Source: Gammaproteobacteria bacterium
GTDB taxonomy: Bacteria > Pseudomonadota > Gammaproteobacteria > Chromatiales > Chromatiaceae
Assembly (NCBI GenBank): GCA_018812525.1
Contig: JAHJDE010000093.1
Location: 27,288 to 91,287 of the forward strand
Length of the DNA: 64,000 nt
Direction of reading: 5' to 3'
Shown: in pieces, positions 41,030 through 51,217 of the stretch
How the letters are laid out: every line of letters starts with the position of its first letter
Numbering within the stretch: the stretch's first letter is position 1
The notes under the pieces: model-generated
What the model was told of the DNA's origin: nothing
Databases searched by the model: none
Seen by the model: only the letters and a program-made list of their open reading frames with translations
Translations under genes and position numbers: made by a program

Positions 41030-42010
41030 ATGAAACTAATAAACAGCGCGCTAATTCGTGTATCCAGAAAAATCCACTCCAATGGAGTATTGGGATACCC
41101 AGAGAAGATACTATTTGAACCAACTAACGCCTGCAACCTAAAATGTCCATTATGCCCAACAGGAATAAACGCTTTAGGCCGTCCAACGGGTCAAATGCGC
41201 ATCGATCAGTTCAGTCCCATCATTGACGAAATACAATCACGCACAAAGCATGTTGAATTTGCTGGTTATGGCGAGCCGTTTATTGCCAAGGATATTTTCA
41301 GGATGATCCGTTACGCTGCCGAAAAAGGCTTGCATACGCATGTGTACTCAAATCTGCTCATGTTAAATACAGAGGAGAAAATGGACGAATTGATTTCCTC
41401 CGGCTTGAATAGGCTGACCGTTTCTATAGATGGAGCAACACAAGAAACGTACGAAAAATACCGTATTGGAGGAAACATCGACGTATTATTTGACGTTCTT
41501 GGCAAAATTATTGAGAGGAAGAAAGTCCATAACATAAATAGTATGGAGATTGTAGGACAAATGCTCGTTACCAAGCAAAATGAGCACGAAGTACATCTGA
41601 TGAAGAAACGAACTCAGGCCTTGGGCCTTGATCGAATAATCACAAAAACAGCTAATTTAGCGTTAACAAAACCGATGGAAAATTCGTCTATTGATCCCCT
41701 TCTCACTAGCAACTTTTATCCTACACGCAATGAGTTTCAGCGTTATCGAGCCAACTCGGCAATTCTCCGGAATGGTTGCTCATGGCTATATAAAGAATGT
41801 GTAATTTTTTGGAACGGAGATGTTACCACGTGCTGCCATGATCCGTCTGGCATTAACATACTCGGCAATGTCTTCTCCTCCGGGTCGGTGTGGTCGGTAT
41901 GGAATGGCGATAACTATAAGAAACTCAGAAAACAGGTCAATCACGACATCAGTTCCGCCCACCCATTATGTTCGCAGTGTCCAGATAGATCACAAAATAT
42001 CAATTCCTGA
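41030..42010 (+). CDS. radical SAM/SPASM domain protein
   Basis: 326 aa. FEPTNACNLKCPLCPTG (CxxxCxxC), YGEPF, and a C-terminal Cys cluster CSWLYKEC...WNGDVTTCCHDPSG...CSQCPD, consistent with a SPASM/twitch auxiliary cluster domain. AT-rich codon usage compared with neighbours. Confidence 0.85.
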   Translation: MKLINSALIRVSRKIHSNGVLGYPEKILFEPTNACNLKCPLCPTGINALGRPTGQMRIDQFSPIIDEIQSRTKHVEFAGYGEPFIAKDIFRMIRYAAEKGLHTHVYSNLLMLNTEEKMDELISSGLNRLTVSIDGATQETYEKYRIGGNIDVLFDVLGKIIERKKVHNINSMEIVGQMLVTKQNEHEVHLMKKRTQALGLDRIITKTANLALTKPMENSSIDPLLTSNFYPTRNEFQRYRANSAILRNGCSWLYKECVIFWNGDVTTCCHDPSGINILGNVFSSGSVWSVWNGDNYKKLRKQVNHDISSAHPLCSQCPDRSQNINS

Positions 42011-42038
42011 ATTGAACACAACTCATCAGGCAGCATTA

Positions 42039-42836
42039 ATGAACAAGCAACATAGGACTGTGATTACCCCCCTACTGCTAAACCCAAGATCAGGATGGTT
42101 GGGCATATGGCCTGGCTGGAGGGCAATTTTGGATCCAGAAAACGGCCGCATCCGCCGTTTTCTGGAGGAACAGGCGGCCCAACTAGACTCCGGCGCCCGG
42201 ATGCTTGATGCCAGCGCCGGCAATCGGCCCTACCAACCGATCTTCGGCAAGCAGCTCTATGAATCCTGTGACATGCCCAACGGCTTCTATCACTGCAAGC
42301 ACGATTTCGAGTGCTTCCTTGATGAGATACTCCGGCCCGATGGGTATTACGACGCAGTAGTGATGACCCAGGTACTGGAACACGTACCCAATCCGGAACA
42401 AGTGCTTCGGGAACTGGCGCGGGTGACCCGGCCGAGGGGGAAGCTGCTGTTGTCGGTCCCCCTGAATGGGCCGCTGCACGGTGAGCCCTGGCACTTCTAC
42501 CAATACACCCACCACGGCCTCGGCCACCTCGCCCAGGCGAGCGGATGGCGCATGACCGAGGGGGAGAAGATCGGCGGCGCCTTCTGGCTGCTGGGCAAAC
42601 GTCTTGCCTACCTGCCGCGCGGTCTCATGAAGGCTGTCGACCCGTTCCGCGCCCGCAAGCGAGGCCTGTCACCGGCAGTTTGCCTCGGATTGAGCCTGGC
42701 CTTCCTTCCATTCTGGCTACTGGCGATCCCACTGCTCGGTTTCCTGGTCCGACCCGCCTGCTACTGGCTAGATCGGCTGGATCTGGATAAATCCTTTACC
42801 TCAGGCTACACCGCTGTATTCGAACGGGTCGCCTAA
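42039..42836 (+). CDS. class I SAM-dependent methyltransferase with hydrophobic C-terminus
   Basis: Internal ATG (MNKQHRTV...). MLDASAGNRPY; VVMTQVLEHVPNPEQVLRELARVTRPRGKLLLSVP. C-terminal LGLSLAFLPFWLLAIPLLGFL. Confidence 0.8.
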   Translation: MNKQHRTVITPLLLNPRSGWLGIWPGWRAILDPENGRIRRFLEEQAAQLDSGARMLDASAGNRPYQPIFGKQLYESCDMPNGFYHCKHDFECFLDEILRPDGYYDAVVMTQVLEHVPNPEQVLRELARVTRPRGKLLLSVPLNGPLHGEPWHFYQYTHHGLGHLAQASGWRMTEGEKIGGAFWLLGKRLAYLPRGLMKAVDPFRARKRGLSPAVCLGLSLAFLPFWLLAIPLLGFLVRPACYWLDRLDLDKSFTSGYTAVFERVA

Positions 42837-43465
42837 TCTGGCTTGCGTAGCAGCACCCAAACTGTCTGGCTGTAGCGGTTCAGGTACTTCTCGCCGGGAT
42901 AGCGCAACTTGCGTAGGAAACGTTTCAAGGCCGGGCGTTGCTGTTCGGTGGCGAAGATTTCCACCACTTCCAGACCTAGACGGCTGGCATTCTCCAGAAG
43001 GAAGTCACGCGCCTGAGTGTGGCTGAAGAACCAGCGGTGGCGGTCCTGGGGCTTTTCAACCGGCAGTCCGTAGTGGGCGAAATGGCCGCGCCCTCGATCA
43101 ATGGGCTGGCGCGCATCGCGCCAGCAGTTGGGCAGGGAGACAATGACGTGGCGGCGGCTGACGCGGACCAGCTCATGGAACATGTGGTGCAGGTTTTCCA
43201 GATGCTCCAGCACCTCGATGCACAACACGCAATCTTGGGAACCATCGGGAAAGGGCAGCGCGTCCACGGAATCCAGGTTCAACACCCGGTCCGGATTGCC
43301 GGCGATGTCGACGCCGCAATACTCGCAATCCTGAAGGATTTCCCGCAGCGGAGCTTCATAGCAACCAACGTCCAGCACCTTGCCCCGTAATACCGGCGCA
43401 AACCGTCGGGCGACAAATTCGCTACGGGCCCGACGTGATGAAAAGCTGGCTTCCTCAAGTTTCAT
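42833..43465 (-). CDS. class I SAM-dependent methyltransferase
   Basis: 210 aa. VLDVGCYEAPL; D.VLCIEVLEHLENLHHMFHELVRVSRRHVIVSLPN. 4-nt convergent overlap with the previous methyltransferase. Confidence 0.8.
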   Translation of the reverse strand: MKLEEASFSSRRARSEFVARRFAPVLRGKVLDVGCYEAPLREILQDCEYCGVDIAGNPDRVLNLDSVDALPFPDGSQDCVLCIEVLEHLENLHHMFHELVRVSRRHVIVSLPNCWRDARQPIDRGRGHFAHYGLPVEKPQDRHRWFFSHTQARDFLLENASRLGLEVVEIFATEQQRPALKRFLRKLRYPGEKYLNRYSQTVWVLLRKPD

Positions 43466-43788
43466 AAAGCAGAATTCCTATGTCAGTTCAATGATTAACG
43501 GGGCGCACGTCACTATTGGACAGGCTATTGGTTCCATTTATCGATCATTAGTCAATCCCAGCTTCTTTACGCAAGAAATATACGAAAGGCGTTGGACGTG
43601 GCTATGGCCGGCATGGCAATACAATATCGTTTGAGGCCGCTACCAGCCGAGCACAAGCACACAACATCATGAATTTTCTGCCACCGACCAAATGCACTCG
43701 GCCTTGAAGCGTTTTCCGCTCAAACTGTGGCTATTCTGGCGGCAAATATTTGAGGCTGCTACAGCCAAACGTTTCACAACCCCCCCAG

Positions 43789-45681
<1,893 letters not shown>

Positions 45682-45758
45682 TTAGACCCGAATCATGGAT
45701 CTCGATGAAAAGGCGCCGGGAAGCCATCCGGTTTATCCGGATGCGAGAGGAGGTTGAG

Positions 45759-45848
45759 CCAGCTTCCCTTCGCCGGCATAACCCGGATCAGGTTCAAAGA
45801 GTCAATCTCAGCCCAAGGCCATTAAGAAGGCCAGGGCGCCCCCAGCTG
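45759..45848 (-). promoter_or_regulatory. TPP (THI-box) riboswitch upstream of thiC
   Basis: Minus strand: CAGCTGGGGGCGCCCTGGCC...TTGGGCTGAGATTGACTCTTTGAACCTGATCCGGGTTATGCCGGCGAAGGGAAGCTG. It contains the conserved GGGG.GCC, CUGAGA and ACC.UUUGAACCUGAUCCGG.UAAUGCCGGCG.AGGGA elements and a P1 helix (CAGCT/AGCTG). Confidence 0.9.
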
Positions 45849-45901
45849 ATGGAATCACGTTATAAGATGGGCAACCTGATTGCAACAATACCTCAGCGAT
45901 C

Positions 45902-46060
45902 GGGTGCGTTTGAAAGTGTTGGTCGTGCCCCGGTCACCGTTCGCCCTGAGCTTGTCGAAGGGCAGCAGTGGCAAGGAAAAGCGGTTCGACAGGGCTCTCC
46001 TGAGCGAAGACGAAGGGCTCACCGCGAACGGGGAAACTCCCAACACTTTCAAACGCACCC
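45902..46060. mobile_element. MITE-like element with perfect 21-bp terminal inverted repeats
   Basis: GGGTGCGTTTGAAAGTGTTGG (45902-45922) is the exact reverse complement of 46040-46060. Flanked by CAGCGATC at 45894-45901 and 46062-46069. The interior carries the widespread CCTGAGC..GTCGAAGGGC type motif, which translates as VRPELVEG / SLSKG in spurious ORFs. Confidence 0.75.
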
Positions 46061-46172
46061 CCAGCGATCATGGAGATTTCCCCTCGGCGCCCCGGTACCC
46101 AAGGCTTGTCATCAAACCACAAAGTTCGTAGTCTCTCCACCATCGGCCCGGCACTTATCGAGAACCCTGAAC

Positions 46173-46832
46173 ATGCACGAAAACAGCGAAAATCTGGCAC
46201 GTTTCAACATGATCCATCAGCAGATCCGGCCTTGGAACGTCAGCGACAGCCGGGTATTGGATATCCTCGGGGAGATACCGCGCGAGGCATTCGTTCCCGC
46301 GGCCTATCGTGGGGTGGCCTTCGCCGACATAGAGATTCCCTTGCCCAGCGGGCATTCCATGATGGCGCCGAAACTGGTTGCAAGGCTACTGCAAGGGCTC
46401 GCCATCCGCCCCAAGGACAATATCCTGGAGATCGGCACCGGAAGCGGCTATCTCACCGCCTGCCTGGCCAGGCTGGGCGGCTATGTGACCAGCATCGACC
46501 TGGATGCGGATTCCATCGAAGCAGCAAGCAAACGCCTGATCGAGCTGGGTATCCGTAATGTCTCCCTCAAGGTCAGCGATGCCATGGAGTCCATTCCCGG
46601 CGGCTCCTACGACGTGATCCTGGTCACCGGTTCCCTTCCCCAGCGCATCGATCGTTTCGAAACGGCATTAAGCATCGGGGGGAGGCTGTTTGCCGTGATC
46701 GGGCAATCGCCCCTCATGGAGGCCTGTTTCATCACCCGGCTCGGCGAGAGGGATTGGAGCTGCGAGCCCCGTTTCGAGACGGATCTTGCGCCCCTGGAAC
46801 ACCGCCTGCCGGCCCAGTCCTTCGTTTTCTGA
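46173..46832 (+). CDS. protein-L-isoaspartate O-methyltransferase family protein
   Basis: Internal ATG of the 388-aa ORF. R..M...Q.R.W.V.D..VL......PRE.FVP......A.AD..IP...G..M..P...A..LQ.L......ILEIGTGSGY.TA.LA. The upstream part of the ORF runs through the riboswitch and MITE and is not coding. Confidence 0.8.
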   Translation: MHENSENLARFNMIHQQIRPWNVSDSRVLDILGEIPREAFVPAAYRGVAFADIEIPLPSGHSMMAPKLVARLLQGLAIRPKDNILEIGTGSGYLTACLARLGGYVTSIDLDADSIEAASKRLIELGIRNVSLKVSDAMESIPGGSYDVILVTGSLPQRIDRFETALSIGGRLFAVIGQSPLMEACFITRLGERDWSCEPRFETDLAPLEHRLPAQSFVF

Positions 46833-46848
46833 AAACCCAGGGGAACCC

Positions 46849-47433
46849 ATGACGCAAGGCACGCAGGAATTTCGGCTCGAACTCTGCCAGGCACCAAAGT
46901 CACAGTTGCTGGTGATCGATGTGCAGGACCGCTTGTGCGCCGCCATGCCCCATGATTGCCTTGAATTGGCCTTTTCCAATATCCACCGCCTCATCCTTTC
47001 GGCGCGGGAGCTGGAGATACCCCTCATCGGCACCGAGCAGTATCCCAAGGGACTCGGCCCGACGCGGGAGACGATAACCACCAGCCTGCCCGAGGGATTC
47101 AGCTTCTGTAACAAGACCAGCTTTTCGAGCTGCGGGGCATCGGGTTTCGAAGGCCGGCTGCAAGGCAAGGAGTCACGCCCGCAAATCATTCTGGCTGGGC
47201 TGGAGGCCCATATCTGCGTGCTGCAAACCGCCGCCGGCCTGCAACACTGGGGCTACCATGTATTCGTGGTCTCGGACGCCATCTGCTCGCGCAGTCCGCA
47301 AAACCGGGAAAACGCCATCAGCCGCATGCGTCAGTGCGGCATCACGGTGACCAACACGGAATCGGTGGTTTTCGAGTGGCTGGGTAACTCGGAACACCCC
47401 AAATTCAGGGAGATCTCCAGGTTATTTCGCTGA
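46849..47433 (+). CDS. isochorismatase family hydrolase
   Basis: Internal ATG MTQGTQEF... LLVIDVQDRL; Q.PKGLG; GLEAHICVLQTA; VSDA..SR. Confidence 0.8.
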   Translation: MTQGTQEFRLELCQAPKSQLLVIDVQDRLCAAMPHDCLELAFSNIHRLILSARELEIPLIGTEQYPKGLGPTRETITTSLPEGFSFCNKTSFSSCGASGFEGRLQGKESRPQIILAGLEAHICVLQTAAGLQHWGYHVFVVSDAICSRSPQNRENAISRMRQCGITVTNTESVVFEWLGNSEHPKFREISRLFR

Positions 47434-47449
47434 TCCGGCCGCGCCTGCA

Positions 47450-48709
47450 TCAGCGGAGCATCCGGGTCATCAAGGCCAACAGCTTCTCCCTGGCCCCCCG
47501 GTTCCTTGCAACCAATTCCCGCCCCCTCTCCCCTACCCGGCTCCGCTCCCCGGCATTATTGAGCCAACGCATCATCACGCTGGCCAATGCCTCGGGGCTA
47601 TCGGCCTCCACTGCCGCCCCTTTCTCCAGAAACATGCGGCTGATGGCGGAGAAGTTGAACATATGGGGCCCGAAGCTGACCGGCACCCCCATGGCGGCGG
47701 CCTCAAGAAAATTGTGCCCGCCGAGTTTCACCAGACTACCGCCGAAAAACGCGGCGTCCGAGGCCGCCAGAAAGAGGGACAACTCCCCCATGCTGTCGCC
47801 CAGATAGATTTCGGTTCGTGGGGCGCATAACTCCCCTTCCGACCGCCGCACCGTGGAGAACCCCTGACGCTTGCACAACTGGGCCACGCTGTTGAATCGC
47901 TCAGGATGTCTCGGCACAAGGAGCAGGAGCGCGCCGGGAACGACCCGGAGTATCCGCCGATGCGCCTTCAGGATCAGGTCCTCCTCCCCATCCCTGGTGC
48001 TGGCTGCGATCCAGACCGGGCGGTGGCCAAAGCCGCGCCGAACCACTTCTGCCTGCTCGAAAAGGCTGGCGGGGAGACGCACATCGAATTTCAGGCTGCC
48101 CGTGACTTCCAACCTCTCGGCAGGCACCCCCAAGGCCAGAAAACGTTTGGCGTCCTCCTCCGACTGGGCCGCGACCTGATCGATAGTGCCAAAGACCTCT
48201 CTCGTGAATGCGCCGAGGCGGGCATAGCCCTTGGCCGATTTTGCCGAGAGCCGGGCATTCGCCAGCAACGTGGGAATTCCCCGCGAGGCACATTCGGCCA
48301 GGAGGTTGGGCCATATTTCCGTCTCCATCATCAGCATCAGGCGGGGCCTGACCTGATCAAGGAAGCGACAGATCGCAAAAGGCACGTCCAGAGGAAAGTA
48401 GCGGTGACTGACCGCGGCGGCGTAAAGCTTACCCACATGGTCGGCACCGGTCGGCGTGGTCGTGGTCATCAGGATGGGCAGATCGGGAAACGCCAGTTGC
48501 AACTGCCTGATCAGGGGCTCGGCCGCCTGAGATTCGCCCACGGAAACCGCATGGATCCAGATGGCGCCGGAAGGCACTCCATCGCAATAGCCCAGACGCT
48601 CGCGCCAACGGCTGCGATAGGCGGGATTCCGCCGGCTACGCCAGAGCAGACGCATGAATATGAACGGCAAGGCCAGGTGAACGAGGATGTTATAGAGGCG
48701 GCGGGTCAT
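47450..48709 (-). CDS. waaA: 3-deoxy-D-manno-octulosonic acid (Kdo) transferase
   Basis: 419 aa. YN.L..L..P....RL.WR......Y...W.ER.G; WIHAVSVGE; GGSL...GGHN.LEAAA. Confidence 0.9.
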   Translation of the reverse strand: MTRRLYNILVHLALPFIFMRLLWRSRRNPAYRSRWRERLGYCDGVPSGAIWIHAVSVGESQAAEPLIRQLQLAFPDLPILMTTTTPTGADHVGKLYAAAVSHRYFPLDVPFAICRFLDQVRPRLMLMMETEIWPNLLAECASRGIPTLLANARLSAKSAKGYARLGAFTREVFGTIDQVAAQSEEDAKRFLALGVPAERLEVTGSLKFDVRLPASLFEQAEVVRRGFGHRPVWIAASTRDGEEDLILKAHRRILRVVPGALLLLVPRHPERFNSVAQLCKRQGFSTVRRSEGELCAPRTEIYLGDSMGELSLFLAASDAAFFGGSLVKLGGHNFLEAAAMGVPVSFGPHMFNFSAISRMFLEKGAAVEADSPEALASVMMRWLNNAGERSRVGERGRELVARNRGAREKLLALMTRMLR

Positions 48710-49485
48710 GATGCGAGGACGCTCAACAGTGCCCTGACATTGCTACGGAGATGATCGGGATTGATGGTACCTACGATCATCCCCGTCACGCCCGGCTGGG
48801 AAAAGACAAAGCGCATAGACTCGATCACCCCCGCCTCGCCAGGGATATGGCCGCTCTGCAACCCCTTTTTGATCAAGACACCCTTGCTCAACCGCTCGGC
48901 CGCCTGCATGACCGGCAACTCATCGTTGTAGGAGAGATTGCAGGTCACCATGACCACATCCATGTGTTCGGCCGCCATCAAACCGCCGTCAAGGGTCTTG
49001 CCGGACAAGCCATGGGCGCGGATCAGGCCGCGCTCCTTCAAGCTTTCAAGGGCATCCCCGGCCCCTTCCTGTTGCAGGATACGGAGATCGTCTCCATCGG
49101 AATGGATCAGGACCACATCCAGGTAATCGGTCTTCAGGGCACGCAGACTCTCTTCGACCGTCCGGACCGTGGTTTGATAGCTGAAGTCAAAGCGTGATTC
49201 GCCGCTCTCGAAGAACTCACCCACCTTCGAGACGATCACCCAGTCCCCGCGCGGCCCAGGCAATAACTTGCCCAAACGCTCCTGGCTGCTGCCATAGGCC
49301 GGCGCCGAATCCAACATATTGATCCCCAGGTCATGTGTCAGGCTCAGCAGATCACGGACGGCCTTGTCATCGGGAATGGTGAATGGCCTCGGGTATTTCA
49401 CCTGCTGGTTCCGGCCGAATTTCACCGTCCCCAGACCGAGCGGGCTGACTTGAATCCCCGTATTGCCGAGGGGCCTCAGATCCAT
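48706..49485 (-). CDS. aldo/keto reductase
   Basis: LG.TG..VS.LGLGT.....; D.A..YG.S.E.LG; overlaps both neighbours (operon). Confidence 0.85.
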   Translation of the reverse strand: MDLRPLGNTGIQVSPLGLGTVKFGRNQQVKYPRPFTIPDDKAVRDLLSLTHDLGINMLDSAPAYGSSQERLGKLLPGPRGDWVIVSKVGEFFESGESRFDFSYQTTVRTVEESLRALKTDYLDVVLIHSDGDDLRILQQEGAGDALESLKERGLIRAHGLSGKTLDGGLMAAEHMDVVMVTCNLSYNDELPVMQAAERLSKGVLIKKGLQSGHIPGEAGVIESMRFVFSQPGVTGMIVGTINPDHLRSNVRALLSVLAS

Positions 49486-50651
49486 TGCAGCGTCCTTTCC
49501 CAGGGAGGGGAGGTAAGCCCAGCCGCCGGCAGGGGGATATGCGCCAATTCACAGCCCGATGGGGCGATACCCTGGTCCCGTAGCGCATCAAGGAGCCGAT
49601 CCGCCAGCAGCGGGGCAAAGGCCAGCTTGGTCGGCCAGAGGGTGATGATGCCCTCCCTGGCATCGATGAAACTATTTTCAGGGCGCTTACCGCCTGGTTG
49701 CTCCGGCTCTGCGCGGTCCACCCGGAAACTCGCCCACTCCACGTCTGATAAATCCAGCCATGGCAACACCGCCGCCAACTCCTGCCGCCCGGCTGCAACC
49801 TGTTCCGCGCCCCCCCTTGTCACACCCGCCTCTGCCTGCTGCCCACCCAGGTACCAAATCATGCGGCCCTGTCGGTCCAGATGGCTGGTAATGGTGAGAC
49901 GGGGGTTGGCACTGGCACCCAGGCAATGTCCATGAAGAGGGGGCAAGGGACCTCTGGCCATCAGCATGTGCAATGGCCTTCGCTGCATGGCGGGGGTTGT
50001 CCGGCCGAACCGCAGCAACAGCGATTGATTGCCCGCGCCGGCCGTCAGTACCAGTGCCCTGCCCAACACTTCGCCCCCATCCCGCAAGCGAATCCCCCAC
50101 CCTTGATCAAGCAGCTCCCAGTCCTCTGCCCCCAGTCGATAACAATGGCCTGCGGATTTTTCGGACAAGACCCCGATGAGCGACGGGATGTCCAATACCG
50201 GCTCGTCCAGCCGATAGAGCCTCCCTTTGAAGGCCGATGTTTGAAATATCTCCGGACCTTCTTCGACCCCCAAGGCTTGCATCCGGCTCTGCATCAACTT
50301 ACCCGCGAAGAACCCCGCCAATTTTGAGGCGAGACCCTCCGTGGACCAGAGATACTGGTGTTCGGCACTGACCCGGACCCCACGCAAATCGATATCGCCT
50401 TGCCCCGTCAGACAGGCCCGCCAACGACCCGGCATGGCGCCGATCGCCTGTGCCGAATCGCTGAGGTTACCGCTCAGGGCATATTTGGTCCCCCCATGGA
50501 TGATGCCTTGGGAGGCAATGGTCTGGACACCGCCAAGGCCCTCCGACTCCAACAGTACGGCCGAATAACCGGTCTGAAGCAGGCGATTCAGTGCCCAGAG
50601 GCCCGCGATGCCGCCGCCGAAGAGAATGATGTCGGTCTGAATTCGTGCCAC
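49476..50651 (-). CDS. FAD-dependent oxidoreductase (DAO family)
   Basis: DIILFGGGIAGLWALNRL dinucleotide-binding fold close to the N-terminus if the in-frame GTG at 50651 is used. The 434-aa ATG-start version has a 43-aa non-homologous leader. Start uncertain. Confidence 0.7.
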   Translation of the reverse strand: MARIQTDIILFGGGIAGLWALNRLLQTGYSAVLLESEGLGGVQTIASQGIIHGGTKYALSGNLSDSAQAIGAMPGRWRACLTGQGDIDLRGVRVSAEHQYLWSTEGLASKLAGFFAGKLMQSRMQALGVEEGPEIFQTSAFKGRLYRLDEPVLDIPSLIGVLSEKSAGHCYRLGAEDWELLDQGWGIRLRDGGEVLGRALVLTAGAGNQSLLLRFGRTTPAMQRRPLHMLMARGPLPPLHGHCLGASANPRLTITSHLDRQGRMIWYLGGQQAEAGVTRGGAEQVAAGRQELAAVLPWLDLSDVEWASFRVDRAEPEQPGGKRPENSFIDAREGIITLWPTKLAFAPLLADRLLDALRDQGIAPSGCELAHIPLPAAGLTSPPWERTLQWI

Positions 50652-50786
50652 TGGCCCTCTGCGGTCTTGGACGGGAAGTGGCGCCAATATTAGCACGCAT
50701 GGGTTTGTGCCCGAACGGCTCGATGCGTCAATGGAAGATGGGGATCGGGAAGAAAGGGTGAGGCGCACATCCCTGTGCAAGTATTC

Positions 50787-51077
50787 CTATTTCTTCGGTG
50801 CGGCCACCTTGGAATCGGTCAGGAGGATGTCGTCCCGATTCTTCTTCAGAATCGCGGGGCCGATACCTTTGACCTTGAGCAGGTCATCCACAGTTTTGAA
50901 GGGACCGTTGGCCTGCCGATAATCGACAATCGCCTGTGCCTTCGCTGGTCCAACGCCCAGGAGGGCTTGGGAAATGGCCTCGGCATCGGCGCTGTTGACA
51001 TTGATTGGCGCGGCGACGGCTATGGAGAAAAATAATGAAGAGAGCACAAAAAAGAGAACGGAAAGCCCCTTTTTCAT
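50787..51077 (-). CDS. comEA: ComEA family helix-hairpin-helix DNA-binding protein
   Basis: Signal peptide, then PINVNSADAEAISQALLGVGPAKAQAIVDYRQANGPFKTVDDLLKVKGIGPAILKKN. Confidence 0.8.
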   Translation of the reverse strand: MKKGLSVLFFVLSSLFFSIAVAAPINVNSADAEAISQALLGVGPAKAQAIVDYRQANGPFKTVDDLLKVKGIGPAILKKNRDDILLTDSKVAAPKK

Positions 51078-51217
51078 GGATGACCTCCTTAAATCTAGTA
51101 AGGTTAAAAGGAGACTGAAATATATCCGAGGCAGGGCAGTATGGCTATCAGGAACTTCTGAAAATGTTGTAAGAATTTTCTGAAATTAGCATCCCAGGCA
51201 GTACAGATCGCCGAAGG

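Larger units (their letters stand above)
40812..43788. mobile_element. inserted ~3-kb segment between the two thiC-end repeats (putative decayed integrative islet; no integrase)
   Basis: Bounded by the 101-bp direct repeat. The left third is visibly AT-rich. Three accessory-type genes plus about 320 bp of non-coding DNA. Confidence 0.55.

Noticed and set aside
41820-42038. N-terminal extension of the methyltransferase ORF overlapping the radical SAM gene
   Set aside because: It overlaps the 3' end of the rSAM gene in another frame. The methyltransferase-like sequence begins at the ATG at 42039.
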